64,000 nucleotides of DNA from Lingula anatina. Its lineage: Eukaryota; Animalia; Brachiopoda. A program made the translations under genes and the position numbers. Under the pieces are notes generated by a model that searched no databases, was not told the DNA's origin, and saw only the letters and a program-made list of their open reading frames with translations. Every line of letters begins with the position of its first letter. Positions within the stretch are counted from its first letter, which is position 1. The stretch is taken from NCBI GenBank assembly GCA_051362555.1, contig CM120640.1, positions 34,925,967 to 34,989,966 on the forward strand. The letters are read 5' to 3'. Positions 29,201 through 41,432 of this stretch are shown here, piece after piece.

Positions 29201-29863
29201 CAGGTGTGTGACAGACAGCACGACGCGTGCCTTAAAGTTGTGGCCACAAACACCAAAATTGGAAATGATGGAACCAGACATGAAGGTGTGTGAAAAATTA
29301 CTTGTCACAAGATTTTAGTTTTACTTTTGTGCAATATCTTATTTATTGCCAAGTTTCATTATGTTAAATGCAGTGCTAGAAATTGAATTCAGCAATTATT
29401 TTGCATGTTCACTTTATAGTAATCATAAGTTAGTTCATTGAATTGCCATAATTTTTTTTTATTGAAGTCTCAACAATTTTATGTATGATGTCTGGTACTG
29501 AATTTTACATTGAAATCACTTTTCTCCATGGAAAACAATTCTTTGCAAAAATAGCTATTTCATCAAAACAGCTACCATGTTATGGTACGATTATAAACAG
29601 CATGACAGAGTGACAAGTAATTAATGTCTTTGTTTTTGTTTCCAGATGCTCGCGTAATAACTCGCCAATGTGCCAGCATTCCCACTGGTGGATTTGCCAA
29701 ACAGAACGATTGTTACAAGACGGAGGCATCCAATGGTGGGTATGTGGAACAGTGCTTCTGCGGTAGTGACGAATGCAATGGCACGAGGGAAAATAAATAC
29801 TCGTTAGGCATGCTGCTTGTCTGTGTGGTTGTGGTGGCCATGCAACTGAGTAGGAGGTTTTAG
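22563..29863 (+). CDS. Ly6/uPAR three-finger protein #2, most similar to quiver/sleepless, about 152 aa
   Basis: Exons 22563-22632 (MEIPVRALGLFAVFGALLTFCSQ), 29115-29285 and 29646-29863. CYDCTSEDHLGCKDPFN matches the CYxCxS..CxDPFN motif of the Sleepless family. CFCGSDECN followed by a hydrophobic tail. Confidence 0.92.
23161..23212. repeat. (TA)n microsatellite
   Basis: Seen directly. Confidence 0.95.
25315..25606. mobile_element. Palindromic MITE (possibly PIF/Harbinger-like) in intron 1 of Ly6 #2
   Basis: About 55-bp imperfect TIRs ggccccattcagaatggatgatcc... / ...ggatcatccattctgaaaggggcc, with TA on both flanks. Confidence 0.8.
26094..28568. mobile_element. Decayed Kolobok-like DNA transposon (about 2.5 kb) in intron 1 of Ly6 #2
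   Basis: ttaa|agg ... cct|ttaa ends with imperfect 15-bp TIRs. Subterminal inverted repeat ggtcacgtggtNNNNtgacgacaatc at 26276-26301 and 28376-28401. A THAP-like start (MPLCVAVG) lies at 26398. Confidence 0.6.
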
Positions 29864-32157
29864 TGGACCTCTGTTGACCGTCACACCAGAACCTCTGCTG
29901 ATGTTGCAGTGCTTCTCAGAGTGCAGAGATAGAAAAGGTACCAACACTAAGATAGTCCTCACACCAGCACACATACTTGGACAGGTGGTTAGCTGAAAAA
30001 TGTATTAGTGAAATCAACTGTTGGTGCCAAATTCATAATGAATTGTTAAATATAGATATTTTTCGGTGATTTTTACAATACTTTCGGCAAATCATGTTAT
30101 TTTTGCATTTGGTGTTTTGTTTATAGTGTGCATGTGCAAATAGATTTTCAGTTTGAAAATTGAAATTGTTCTATAGCATCCCAGAAATTTCTTTCAGTAC
30201 ATTCATTTGTTATTTGATATGTTATATATTTATGTAAAACGTATTCGCTTCAGCATGGGGATTTTTGCAATAAACATATAAACCAGTTTTAGTTTTTAAC
30301 TAAAATTAATTTGTGGGACATTAGTAATACCCATCCATCATTCCTGCTGTACATTTAGTGCCATGATATTTACAGTCTATAGCTGTAACTTGCCATAATT
30401 CTTAAGCTTCCAGATTTAAAGCCATATGCATTTATTGTGTTATGAAAAATATGATTTTAATATAGGTGCTTTGGGCTACCTTATAATTGTGCCATATTTC
30501 CTTGCTTGGCGGCACTTGCTGACAATTCAGGATATATCCATGAATCTTGTTTTTTACAGACAGACCAAGTTTCAATCTTGTCACTATTTTGATGCTTTAC
30601 TTAGATGATAAGATAGCCATGTATCATTACAGGTACATTTACAATAGATACAATGGACCAGACAGTAGTTATATTGAATATTGATAAAAATTAAAGAGTA
30701 CAATGTTTCAACAATACTTCTTAAAAGACTTATAAGCATTGCTGTTGTTATTGATGTGATTAAAAATAAGTATTTAATAGTTTACACATATTTAGGACTA
30801 TAAGAGACATAAGGTGGGTAACTACAATTCCAAAATGAGTAGATAATATATTATATGGAAATTTCCTAAGAAGATTTCTCTTCCGATGATAATTTGAAAG
30901 CTGTAGTAGGTAAATTTGGGATGTTTTGTCATTGATTGACATTGATATGACATGAGAATGCTACTTTAAAGATGAAAAAAATTAGTTCAACCTAGACAAA
31001 ATATGTTCATGTATAAATGCAAGACTCCGAGATAAAGATCACATAAGGTATTGGGAAAAAATCAATATCTGCTTTGATAGAGTATTTTGTGCCAGTAATT
31101 TGCCCTGTATACCTTTAAACCCAGATGTTATTCGAAGAAATCCACAATATCATAACGAGAAAATTACTCTCAGCAGCTTGCGTCTGTTTCCTGGTATTCA
31201 ATCTTTGAAACAAGCCATTGGTAATGATTGTAAATTCCAATCAGAAAGATTGCTCAGACACTTGGAATGGCAATGAAAGGGCTGTCTTCTCTGGTTCTTG
31301 TCTCTAGAGCTTCCAAAGCAATACATGTCGGTTATGTTGAAAACTGTTGGGTGACTGTATAATCTCTATGCAGATCATCTTCTTCCTGACACATAACAAT
31401 TGAGTCAGTTGCCGAGATCACTGCTTCTCTGTTGGTGCTCACACTGGGAGCTTTCTTCATTTGAATGAAGAATCTAGTCGGTTTTATGGGAAGCTTTTCA
31501 ATCCGAGTTGCAATTGGCTCTGTACTTATTAAGTCGGTTATCTGCATCGTTTTCATGACATTTGGTTTACTTCACAAATGGTAGTCAGTCAATTTCCTGG
31601 TTTTCAACCAGTTGTTTATTACCATTTCTATGATGGTTGGCATTTTTTTTTTTTAATTTCAAGGCAGTATCGAATAAGTTTGTGGGCCAGGTGGCATGCA
31701 GTCCACTAATAGCACCTACTAGTTCCCTCTAGCAGTTTGCTAACAAAACATTGGCCATCAGATTCCAAGATGCTTCTCAGCCCAGGGTTCTCTAACATTT
31801 TTTCATTCAGTACATATGTGATCCAGTTGGCTCACATTAATGTTCATGTTTTAGGTTTTCCTCTGATAGCTTACATAAGAATGATCTGACTACTTGTATT
31901 CTTTGAATAGTATCCTGAGCACCAAATCGTACCAGCCTTATACCAGCATATCATGTATATCAAATGTTGAACAATGTTCTGCATCAAGTAAATGGAAACA
32001 GGATGTTGTAAGCTGACTGAGATGGTTTGATTATCAGAATGGTTCTTCATAAAAGTTTTACCTGCATCAGTTGAATATTGATTGGTAAATTGGAGAGTTT
32101 TTCATTTAAACTACATGCAAAAGCAACTTAATAATTAATTTCCAGCAAACTTTTATC

Positions 32158-32192
<35 letters not shown>

Positions 32193-32331
32193 TAATTTAT
32201 CACGTAAACAAATCAGACTTCAAACTTAATATCACAGACACATTGCATCTGCATCATTTGGCGAATGTATTCTTGGATGTTTCAAAATAACCAACATTGT
32301 AGGATAGTTTCCTTTCTGTGCCAGTTAGACG

Positions 32332-32337
<6 letters not shown>

Positions 32338-32390
<53 letters not shown>
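32338..32390. repeat. (AT)n microsatellite
   Basis: Seen directly. Confidence 0.95.
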
Positions 32391-32393
<3 letters not shown>

Positions 32394-33441
32394 TGCAGAA
32401 GTCAACTCTAGAAGATTAAGAGTTGCATTTTCAAACTCTGCTAGATTTATTATGATGATGTCAGGATATATTGTTGGTCCCATTGAAAAGTGCAAATTCA
32501 TTTTTGCCATGTAAGAATGATTACAGGCAGTTCCCATTTTTCGAATGGTGCTAATTAGAAGAAATTTAAAGAATGATAATGGCCATGATGGTATTTTTCT
32601 GATTATCACACAGGTAATAATTTCAAGGTATTTTATGATATCAACATATGTTTATGATTAGGAAGGAAGGTAATTAATGCTTAAAGTCTTGTTTAAGTTA
32701 CCTTATTAGAAAAATGCTAAATATTTCGTACCGAGTGTATAGTGATTTTATTGGTATTTCATTTCACTGCCATAGCATACAGGCACAAATAAAAGGCAAT
32801 GTCATGCTACAAGCATGGTCAGATTTAGAACATGCACAATCAAGTCTTCCTTTCATAAAATGTTTCTTTTTGAATTATCGCTCTCTACACATTTATTTAC
32901 TGTCCTCATGCATAAATTCAGTGTTTTAAACTGTATGCAGTGTCACATTATGTTTTGGGGCAATATTTCTTCCAGCATTTCTTGTTTGCCTCTTTCAGTT
33001 CTTATTCTCCTTGAATTTCTCACTGTACTGTCCAGAGCACAGTGAGAATAAAGCCATTATTGATTTTCCTGAAGTATGGAATAGAACTTTGTTGTTGGAC
33101 TTTGTTATATTTACTAACTCATTCACTATGTATATAAAAATTAGCATTTACATATCCTTTATTTACTTATAGGTTATTATTAGTTGTTATAATTAATTAT
33201 TTTAAAAGCACATTGCTTTATGTAACCTGATGTGGACAATTTTTACCCAAGCAATTGCTTGTGGCAAACTTGTGTATGTCATATGTGAAAGTATTTTAAT
33301 ATTTTTGACGTCTAATTCACATTGACTCTTACATTATTGCCGTATTTACCTTATAATATATTTCTGATGGGCTTATTGTAATAATTTAAAAGATATTTTT
33401 CCTCTGTCTCACTTTGATTCACCTACTGTGATGTAATTAAG

Positions 33442-33633
33442 ATTCCAGTTAAATAAACCAATTGTTTTTACCCAAGAATACCGTGTATCTAAATTTCCTT
33501 TTTAACTTGATTTAACTGTTAAATAATGCTGAGTTCCAGTTAATTCCAGTTAAATAAACCAATTGTTTTTACCCAAGAATACCGTGTATCTAAATTTCCT
33601 TTTTAACTTGATTTAACTGTTAAATAATGCTGA
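33442..33633. repeat. Tandem duplication of a 91-bp unit containing AATAAA
   Basis: 33442-33532 and 33543-33633 read as identical. Confidence 0.9.
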
Positions 33634-35263
33634 TCATCCTACTGCAATATTATACAATATTGCATGCAGATGTTTTTATATCATCTCTGAATACAGATTA
33701 CAGAGTTAATAGCATATCACGTCTTTTGGGATTTTGTTTTACAAGACTGGCCCAGCTGGGAAGAGTAATTACTGCACAGTCATGGTAAATTATACATTTC
33801 ATTTAGCTATACATGTATATACATTTTTATTTATGTGTTTAAAGTAGCTACCATTAAGCTATATTTACATCCAAGTTTTAAGCAATTCATGTGCCGTATT
33901 TAATCTGGAAGTGTAACATTTTTCAGGAGTGGAGAATGCTCCATAAGAGAGACAAAAGTCAACATATACCTTAAAAATTTACTCCTTTTATTTTTCTTTC
34001 CTTTGTTTAAAGAAAAGGAATTAGAAACAAATCTAATAAAACAGAAAAGATTTCCCTGAACTATATAAACTATAAATGCTTCTATGTACAGATCGTAATA
34101 ATTATTATAGTCAATGTCCAATGTTATTAACTAAAAGCTCTTATGTAGTAAGGCTATCCTTTAATCTAATGTATAAACATGAAAACTTGCATAATTTAAT
34201 GGATAACTCTGGAGTAAGCCATTTTATCAATGTCAAGTCATGTCAAGTCACGTGAAATGATAAAAAAAGCAGAATTGGTCCTATAAATTTCTCTTCAAGT
34301 TCACACACAAAAAAAAAATACAATGGGTCACTGCAGAGCTATCATGCTGTCGTGCCCTCCATTTGGAGACTTCAAAGATTATTGCTATTTACATTTTAAA
34401 AACTTTACAAAGCACATTTAAAGCATATAGGTACATGCTTGAAGAGCACATGGGACTTGAGTGCCTCTTAATATTTACATGTACAGACTGGGTACTTCTA
34501 AAGAGCTGCATTCTCTTTGCACAGATTAACACTTTGTTGAACAAAAACAGGTTTGCTTGGTCTTCAATATACAAAATGTTTATATGTACACATATACTGA
34601 ACCCATGCATGTACAAAAGCCCCCAAAAGGCCATAATTTTATACATGCTCACACAAGTAAAGCTGCATTACATTTGTGTAAATATACCTGTTATATATTC
34701 AAGGGCCATTTTGCTCTGAAAAGAGTGCACACCTACTCCTACAGTTCATCATAAAAAAAAACAAATTTGACACAGTTCATTGTGCTAATAGATTTATCCT
34801 GGCATAACAAAAAGTTATTAAATTCGGTGAGAATCATGTTAGTTTGGAATGTGTTAATTCGTTTCCTATTTGGGCATATCTTGGAATGCCAGCTGCTCAG
34901 TTGAAATGCAGTATTAGACATGGTTGCCATCTTCAATTCAATGTATCAAACACATCAAGAAAATGTGCTAGGTGTTACATGCAACAGAAAGGCATCACTG
35001 TTTAAAGGCAGAGTAAAAAAATCTGGGCTTTCTTCAGTACATAAAATGGAATGGTTAAATCAAATTTGCCCAAATAAAACAAAAACATTTTTATTTAAAA
35101 CAGTTTTGTTATAAAACTTGTAATAAAAACAGCTGTCATTTATAATGGAATGACAATGTGATCTGGCTGGTTTGAAGATAATATTTTTTTCGTCTTTTTG
35201 ATAAATCAAGCCCAGAAAACAACTCATTTATACAAAAAAAGGAAACCAAACAAAGTCCATGCT

Positions 35264-37850
35264 TCAGTGAAGCAACCTTAACAGGCAGGCTACAGATAAA
35301 AACAATGGCACCAATAATGTCAATTTTGAAACTGCCAGATTTCCGGCATGGTTACAACCATTCCAGTCATCACAAAAACAGTATGTACGCTGGGAGTCTT
35401 GTGTTTGTGATCCGGGATACACGGCGGAACTGGCAGAGCCACGCCCAGGAAGGCAGTAGTTATGTCTCCGATTGGTTGGCATGTCTTCCCGGTATATGGT
35501 GTTTTTCATCAGCTGGTTTAAGCAGCCTCTGGTTATTTGTTCTTGGCCTAAAATAATGAAAAGAAATAAAACAAATATATAAGTAAGAATTTAAGGTTTG
35601 TTGCAACACTTGAAAACAACCAGTGTTTCATGCAAAATCAAGTGTAATACATTCACTGCCTTACACAGGGAAATCATCAGAAAATCAAGACTTGGTGTAT
35701 TGTGCCTTGAAAAAAACACATTACAGTTACACTCTGTACATTTACAACACAGATTAGCAAAATTTAAGCACGACTCCACATTTCACAAAAGATTATATAA
35801 TCAATAATAAATTGTTGCTTCAAGCACACAAAAGCCTGACAAGTACTGTACACAAGACTATATATATGTGTGCATGTGCAAAGGATATGATCATAAAAGA
35901 CAACATATAAAATTGAAAACCATGCAAATGGTACAATTAGTACATTGCACATATATCATTCAGGATCTCAGCACACTGCAGGGAGTCCACACTGAAAATG
36001 CAGGTTGCAAATGCATGTTTTTTTTTCTTTTTGTGGGGAGGGGGGGGGGGTGTGTGTTTTGGCCAACTCCCCATGGGCAGTACCTTGTACCTACCCCTGA
36101 TATTGTCATAGATCTTAACACACATTGTATCGGCCCCGCATTCCCACCACTTCTGGAGATAGATGTCCAGCTTGTCATCACAACCTGGGGTGGTACTTTG
36201 ACAAGAATAACAGTAGCGGACCGCAGCTTCGGCTAGAAGTAAAACAAATTAATGTGGAGATTAAGCGCTAGCCAGCTACGGGTAAACTCACCGTTGACTA
36301 CTTGGTAAACTTTCACACACATTGTCTGTTCTCCGCATTCGACCCATCGCTGGACCCACTCGCTGAGAACATTCCCACACCCTGGCTGGTTTGATGTACA
36401 TGAATAACAGTATGACGGGGGTATGGCATCTGCTGCTAAAAAAAGCAAAACATTGGCTGCTAGGCTACTGCACTGAAATCTGGGTTAGCAATCAAGATTG
36501 TACGTTATATACTCTACTTCATTGAAGTGCCACAACACCAACTCAAAATGCTTGACAGAGTTCTAAAAGAGGTGCAACATGCAAAATTGTGAGATGACTA
36601 AGAAGTCTTTTTTTTTTAATACAAGAAGATTGCTTGACACAAGTAATAAAATTGTAATACAAATCCTTGCAAAAGGCATGCAAAAACATTCAATATTATT
36701 TTTTCAGATTCTTATCAAAGCATTTGGTTAGAAATATTGTAATCAAATACTGAACCTTGTTAAAATAATAATTGTTTTCTAGTTAAGCCAAAGATCAGTA
36801 AAAAAAGCTTTTCATATTATATTTGTGAGCCCAAAACATGCAGACTGTATTCTGGTATATTTCAAGCAAGCTTGATCTAAATTCATAATACCTAGTTGAT
36901 TTAATTATGCAGCAAAGAGAAATTGTGTACATTATATTTATTTTGTGAAAAGAAAAAAGGTGCATTCTCATAAAAAAGAATTATATGAAAGTGTTAGCCG
37001 AGAGCTAAATGTGCAAAAGGGGGCCGTAGCAATAGTCCGAAGGTTCAATAGTCCGAAGGTTCATTGGTCCGAATATTCACTATAGAACCTTCGGACCAAA
37101 AAATCGATGAAAATGTTACCACTTTTCGGACCAATGAACATTCGGACTATCGAGACGCCCCCGAGCTAAAAATGTGTTAAATGTTATTCAGCCATCGACA
37201 TAAAATCCTTCCACTGCAACCATGCCGTATCAGTTAGTAAACGATCTACTGAAAACAGTTCAAAATGGTAAAATTTTGTTTGCAAATATATTTATATAAA
37301 TAAAGCAATTATTAATGCTGTAAAAATCGAAATTAGTGAGTTAATAAATAATATCAAACGTATTTCAAAATAATGAAGAAAAAATGATAAATAATTATAA
37401 ATGAGAGCAAGTATGCTGAACACGTACATATATAAGAGAAATTCTTTAAGATACAAAGCAATAATTACGCAGTTTAAAATAGTGGGAGGTCATATACACA
37501 AAAGTTACTCGCCCACTCAAAAAACAATTAATTAAGGACACAAAAGCGGAATCCCTTTACCATTATTTAGTCATACGATAAATATACACAACGGTAGTTG
37601 CATTTAGTGGCATATAACTTGAGTAATAAATTAACGTGAACGTTCTTAAACGTTCAAGCTTGAGTTTCATAAACAACCGATTTTCAAGATGGCGGCAACT
37701 TAACGATCATTCCTAACAGGTGAGGCATTTTGAACACAGGTAAGTCATTTTGAAAACCCTGTCAAATAAAGAATTTTAAATGCACCAAAACTTACCTTGA
37801 AATATATACAAAATAAAAACTAGTATTACGGATGCAGAAAAAGACTCCAT
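35264..37850 (-). CDS. Ly6/uPAR three-finger protein #3 (GPI-anchored), about 158-160 aa, with duplicated alternative exon 2
   Basis: Exon 1 37850-37796 (MESFSASVILVFILYIFQ), exon 2a 36435-36292 or exon 2b 36232-36095, exon 3 35547-35264 (ITRGC...YC...YCFCDDWNGCN plus GPI tail). All introns are phase 1, and either exon 2 gives 10 domain Cys. Confidence 0.92.
36095..36232 (-). CDS. Ly6 #3 exon 2b (paralog of exon 2a)
   Basis: ttctag|CC... encodes EAAVRYCYSCQSTTPGCDDKLDIYLQKWWECGADTMCVKIYDNIR, then G|gtaggt. 138 nt. Confidence 0.9.
36292..36435 (-). CDS. Ly6 #3 exon 2a
   Basis: tttag|CA... encodes ADAIPPSYCYSCTSNQPGCGNVLSEWVQRWVECGEQTMCVKVYQVVN, then G|gtgagt. 144 nt. Confidence 0.9.
37019..37162. 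mobile_element. Small MITE with internal 16-bp subterminal repeats in intron 1 of Ly6 #3
   Basis: gggggccgtagc(aatagtccgaaggttc)x2 ... gaacattcggactatcgagacgccccc forms an inverted arrangement. Confidence 0.65.
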
Positions 37851-38658
37851 CTTCCCTTATTCTGCAAAAAACTACTCAAATTCTTAACAGGGTCATAAGA
37901 CAGGTATGTGTGTCATCTCGTTCAAGGTAAAAGTAGGTCATGACTCATGCATATTTAAGTACTGGTTTGTTCTCCGTGTAGCGGACACGAGTTTTAAAAG
38001 TCAGGAATGTGAGTCGCGTAAACTGCACGACAGTAGATTACTAGTACGAATCATGCTAGCAGTACTAAGTATTCTCTCATATTATCCAGCAAATGAGTGT
38101 TATTGATATATGTAAATAACAGATTGTGGGGTAATCTTGTTATATGTTTTGGTGGTATATTTCCAGTTATATATGCATTACCTGTATAAATGAATTGATG
38201 AAATATAGGCCTAATAAAACTATATACAGTAAAAAATGAAAATGTAGTATTCGTATATAGTCGTGAATGTTTACATTTCATCCTTAAAAATCCTTGAAAT
38301 TCCATTCAATTGTGTTGCACTAGGCTGCATCAATGAATATATCGTTTTTTCAGTATATTTTAGGCCTATTTTAATACGGTTTCGAAATTAAAAAAATTTT
38401 GACATTCAAAAATCAACAGAAGATTTTCTGAAAAAAAAATAATAACAACAACAACAACAAAGGAATCTTGGCGACACGACGTGATGCAACAATTAAAATT
38501 TCATTATGTTGTTGAGACGTTTTTTAAAAAACACCATGGAAACGTCGCATGCGCAGAAAACAATTAAATCTGAATAGACAGATACCGAGTTGCGATGGCG
38601 CGACACTCAAGCTGTCAGTGACTAGTGTTTATTTAGTTTGCGTATATTTAAATATAAA

Positions 38659-39514
38659 ATGTCGTGTTTTGAACCTCTTACAAATCGGTTCACAAATGCT
38701 ATTAGGATTGCAAGAGGGCGTGTTGGCCATGCATATCAATATGTGCGACAACGTCTTAGAAGAAGGCGCCCCCGTGTTGGTGTAGATCCACAAGGAACAG
38801 TAAGTAAAACCGCTCTTGTTTTTGATGATGGAAGTGAGTTCTGTCTTTGGTTCCTCTTTCAGGTCAACTTTTTCATTCCGTTCCTTCCATTTGTTCTGCT
38901 TTTAATGTTTGCAGAATTGCTTTTGTTTAGGATCGTGTGAGAAGCCTATACGTTGCACATGTGCACGTACACACACTTCCTCTAGTGTTAATTTGTATAT
39001 ACTCTGATTCTATGTGTGAATACACAATTTAAGATAGAAATAGTAATTGGTTCAGTTGGTAAACTCAAATACTTTCTTTGCCCCTTAATTCAATAGTCTG
39101 CATAATTTGTCTTGCCTAAAATGATATACTTTCTGAGCTCCATTGCTCGATCATATTGTGATGGCGAAATAAAATAAACATTTAACAAATTTAATTGTAC
39201 AAATCAAGCTCTGAATAAAGTCTGTCAATCGAGATCAAGCTTATAAAATATCAAAATTTATATGATACGTGTACAACGTTACATAATAATTCTGCATTCA
39301 GCCACCTCCAGTCCGCCCCCAGCAAGGCCGACTGTCAAAATTCAAGGACGAGTTGTCCAACAAGAGGACACTTAAAAAAGCTGGACTGCAGACTGTGGGA
39401 AAACCACAGGAAGGAGCATCTGGGACAGCGTGGGAGCTTGTGGATAAAGATGCCAGGCCAAAAACTGCTATGCCAAAAAGGTAACGTAAAAAACACAGTT
39501 TTCTGACATCATTT

Positions 39515-39546
<32 letters not shown>

Positions 39547-41432
39547 ATAGTCAATTTTGTCTGCAAGTTTTATTCTCAACTTGTACTTTTCTACAAATAA
39601 TCTCAGTCCATTCCCCGTTTTCCTCTCTTTAAGACTAGCTAGACCAACCACTGCAATGCGAAAAGATGCAGAGGAACTGAAGAAAAGGGAGGAAGCCGCT
39701 ATCGAACGCCGCAGAGAATCAATGGTTCAACATGCGGCTGCAATAAGAAGAAAGCTAGGCAAAGCTGCTGATGTGATTAGTTTTTTTTTCATGAACTAAA
39801 ATTCACTCATTTGATTATGCCGATTAAATTGAAGAGATGCATTTAAAGGGATAATAACTCTTCGTTATGGCCAAAAAATTAATTTTCCTGGAGTAAACAA
39901 CAATTTTCCCAAATTTACCAATGGTTAATGAATCCATTTTTACATTCAAAGTTAGTCCCTGATTTTTTTCTAAAAAGTTTGGTTTTTTGTTAAAATCTCT
40001 TAAGAGATTATAACAGAGTGCAGCCATCAGTGGAAGTCACGTGATCTGAAGACAAGCTCAGATATCAGAATAATAGCTTTAACTGCTGTTTTTGTGGTAA
40101 AACAGAATATATTATATTTATATGAGTTGTTCACAATGTTTTTATTGTGAAATAAAGATATCATACAAAGAGTTATTATCCCTTTAAGCACTTATTACTA
40201 CGTCCCCTTTACGGTACTTTATTTTATACTCTATTTTCAAAACTATACATAGGTAAATGAGAGACAGACTACAATTAAAATGTCTTTGTGTGATTAGCAA
40301 TTACAATTGAAAATTAAATAGAAAACAGGCTGACTTATTTTCTTATCTAAGGTCCCTCGTGTGAAAGCGGTGCGCATCGCAACCAGGCAAGAAGCTGCCT
40401 TAGAGGCGTACAACAAGAAACATGAGAATGCCGCTAGGCGGCACCAGGAGCTCTCTGATAAGAACAAGGAGGCTCTGGCTAAAAAGGACATGAAAAGACA
40501 ACAGGTAAACAACCTCACATGTTTTTTTCCTCATTTTTAATAATGCCTTTTGGGGTTTTATACAATTTGAAGCCTTCAAACCTAAGGTGTTTAAAGTGCA
40601 ATATGTATAGATGTAGAATATTTCAGAAACAGGGATTCGTTTAAACGTATGGGTGTAAGGTGTTAGTTAAAATGTTACTATCCTCAGCAGTAGAAAGGAA
40701 GCTTAACTCGACTTAGGAAAAAGAACATTCCTAAATGTGGCACCATTTTTCCCAGATCCTCCAAAGAAAGTCAGATAAAGAAAACGCCGCTGCCAAACCA
40801 GTTTCCTCTACTGATGATGATGATGATGATGATGATGAAGATGATGAAGATGAAGGACCACTGGGAACGCCAGCCATTCTGAAACCTGCCTTTGTCCCCT
40901 TTCAAGGCGAGCAATACAGCTCTGACGAGGATGAAGCTGTTCCTTCTCCAGCCTCTCGCCAGGGGTGTGGCACCCTGCCATACCAGGGTGCATTGGCCGT
41001 GCCTCCCCCAAGGAGAAATCTCCCAGCACGTCTCCCACGCCTAGAACACGTACGCTGTTCTACTTCCGCAGCTTCACTGACAACTGTGGTCACTAGCAGC
41101 CAGAATAGTGGCATTGATTACCCTTGGGGTCTGAGCGACCTCCTGCCAACAGACCAACCAGAAGCACGCATTATTCACGTGCGCCAGAGCTCCAACTGTG
41201 CGGATGCTGAAGCAGATTACAACACCCATGGTAAGAATCTAGAGACAGAAAACAAACAAGTTATTTTTCTAGAGTTACACTTATTTTAAAATCGTGAAAG
41301 CTTGGAGAATGAAGTTCTGAAAAGTGTTTCTGATTAATCCTTACAGTTACTTACTTTTTCTATCAATTTACAGCTGCCGACAGTGCCGGAAGAAATGGGA
41401 GCTTCCTTGATGACACCATGCCACGCCCCTAA
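38659..41432 (+). CDS. Stathmin-domain-like protein with an acidic, Pro-rich C-terminal extension, about 381 aa
   Basis: Exons 38659-38799, 39302-39480, 39634-39772, 40352-40504, 40756-41230 and 41374-41432 join in frame. ASGTAWELV resembles stathmin ASGQAFELI, and AEELKKREEAAIERRRES resembles LEEIQKKLEAAEERRKS. A second helical repeat ends LAKKDMKRQQILQRK. Poly-Asp tract. Confidence 0.75.
39847..40183. mobile_element. 337-bp TTAA-flanked MITE (Kolobok-like), copy 1
   Basis: TIRs agggataataactct / agagttattatccct with TTAA on both flanks. Near-identical to 54081-54417. Confidence 0.92.

Noticed and set aside
31150-31560. Coding-looking minus-strand stretch (74-aa ORF)
   Set aside because: It is interrupted by stops beyond the ORF, matches no family I recognise, and probably lies in the Ly6 #2 3' UTR.
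36095-36435. Exons 2a and 2b as constitutive exons of a multi-domain uPAR-like protein
   Set aside because: Only one Cys6-10 exon exists, so joint inclusion gives 1.5 domains with an unpaired Cys. The 59-nt spacer is also atypically short here.
37031-37075. Short direct repeats as a CRISPR-like array
   Set aside because: Eukaryotic context with no spacers. They are MITE subterminal repeats.
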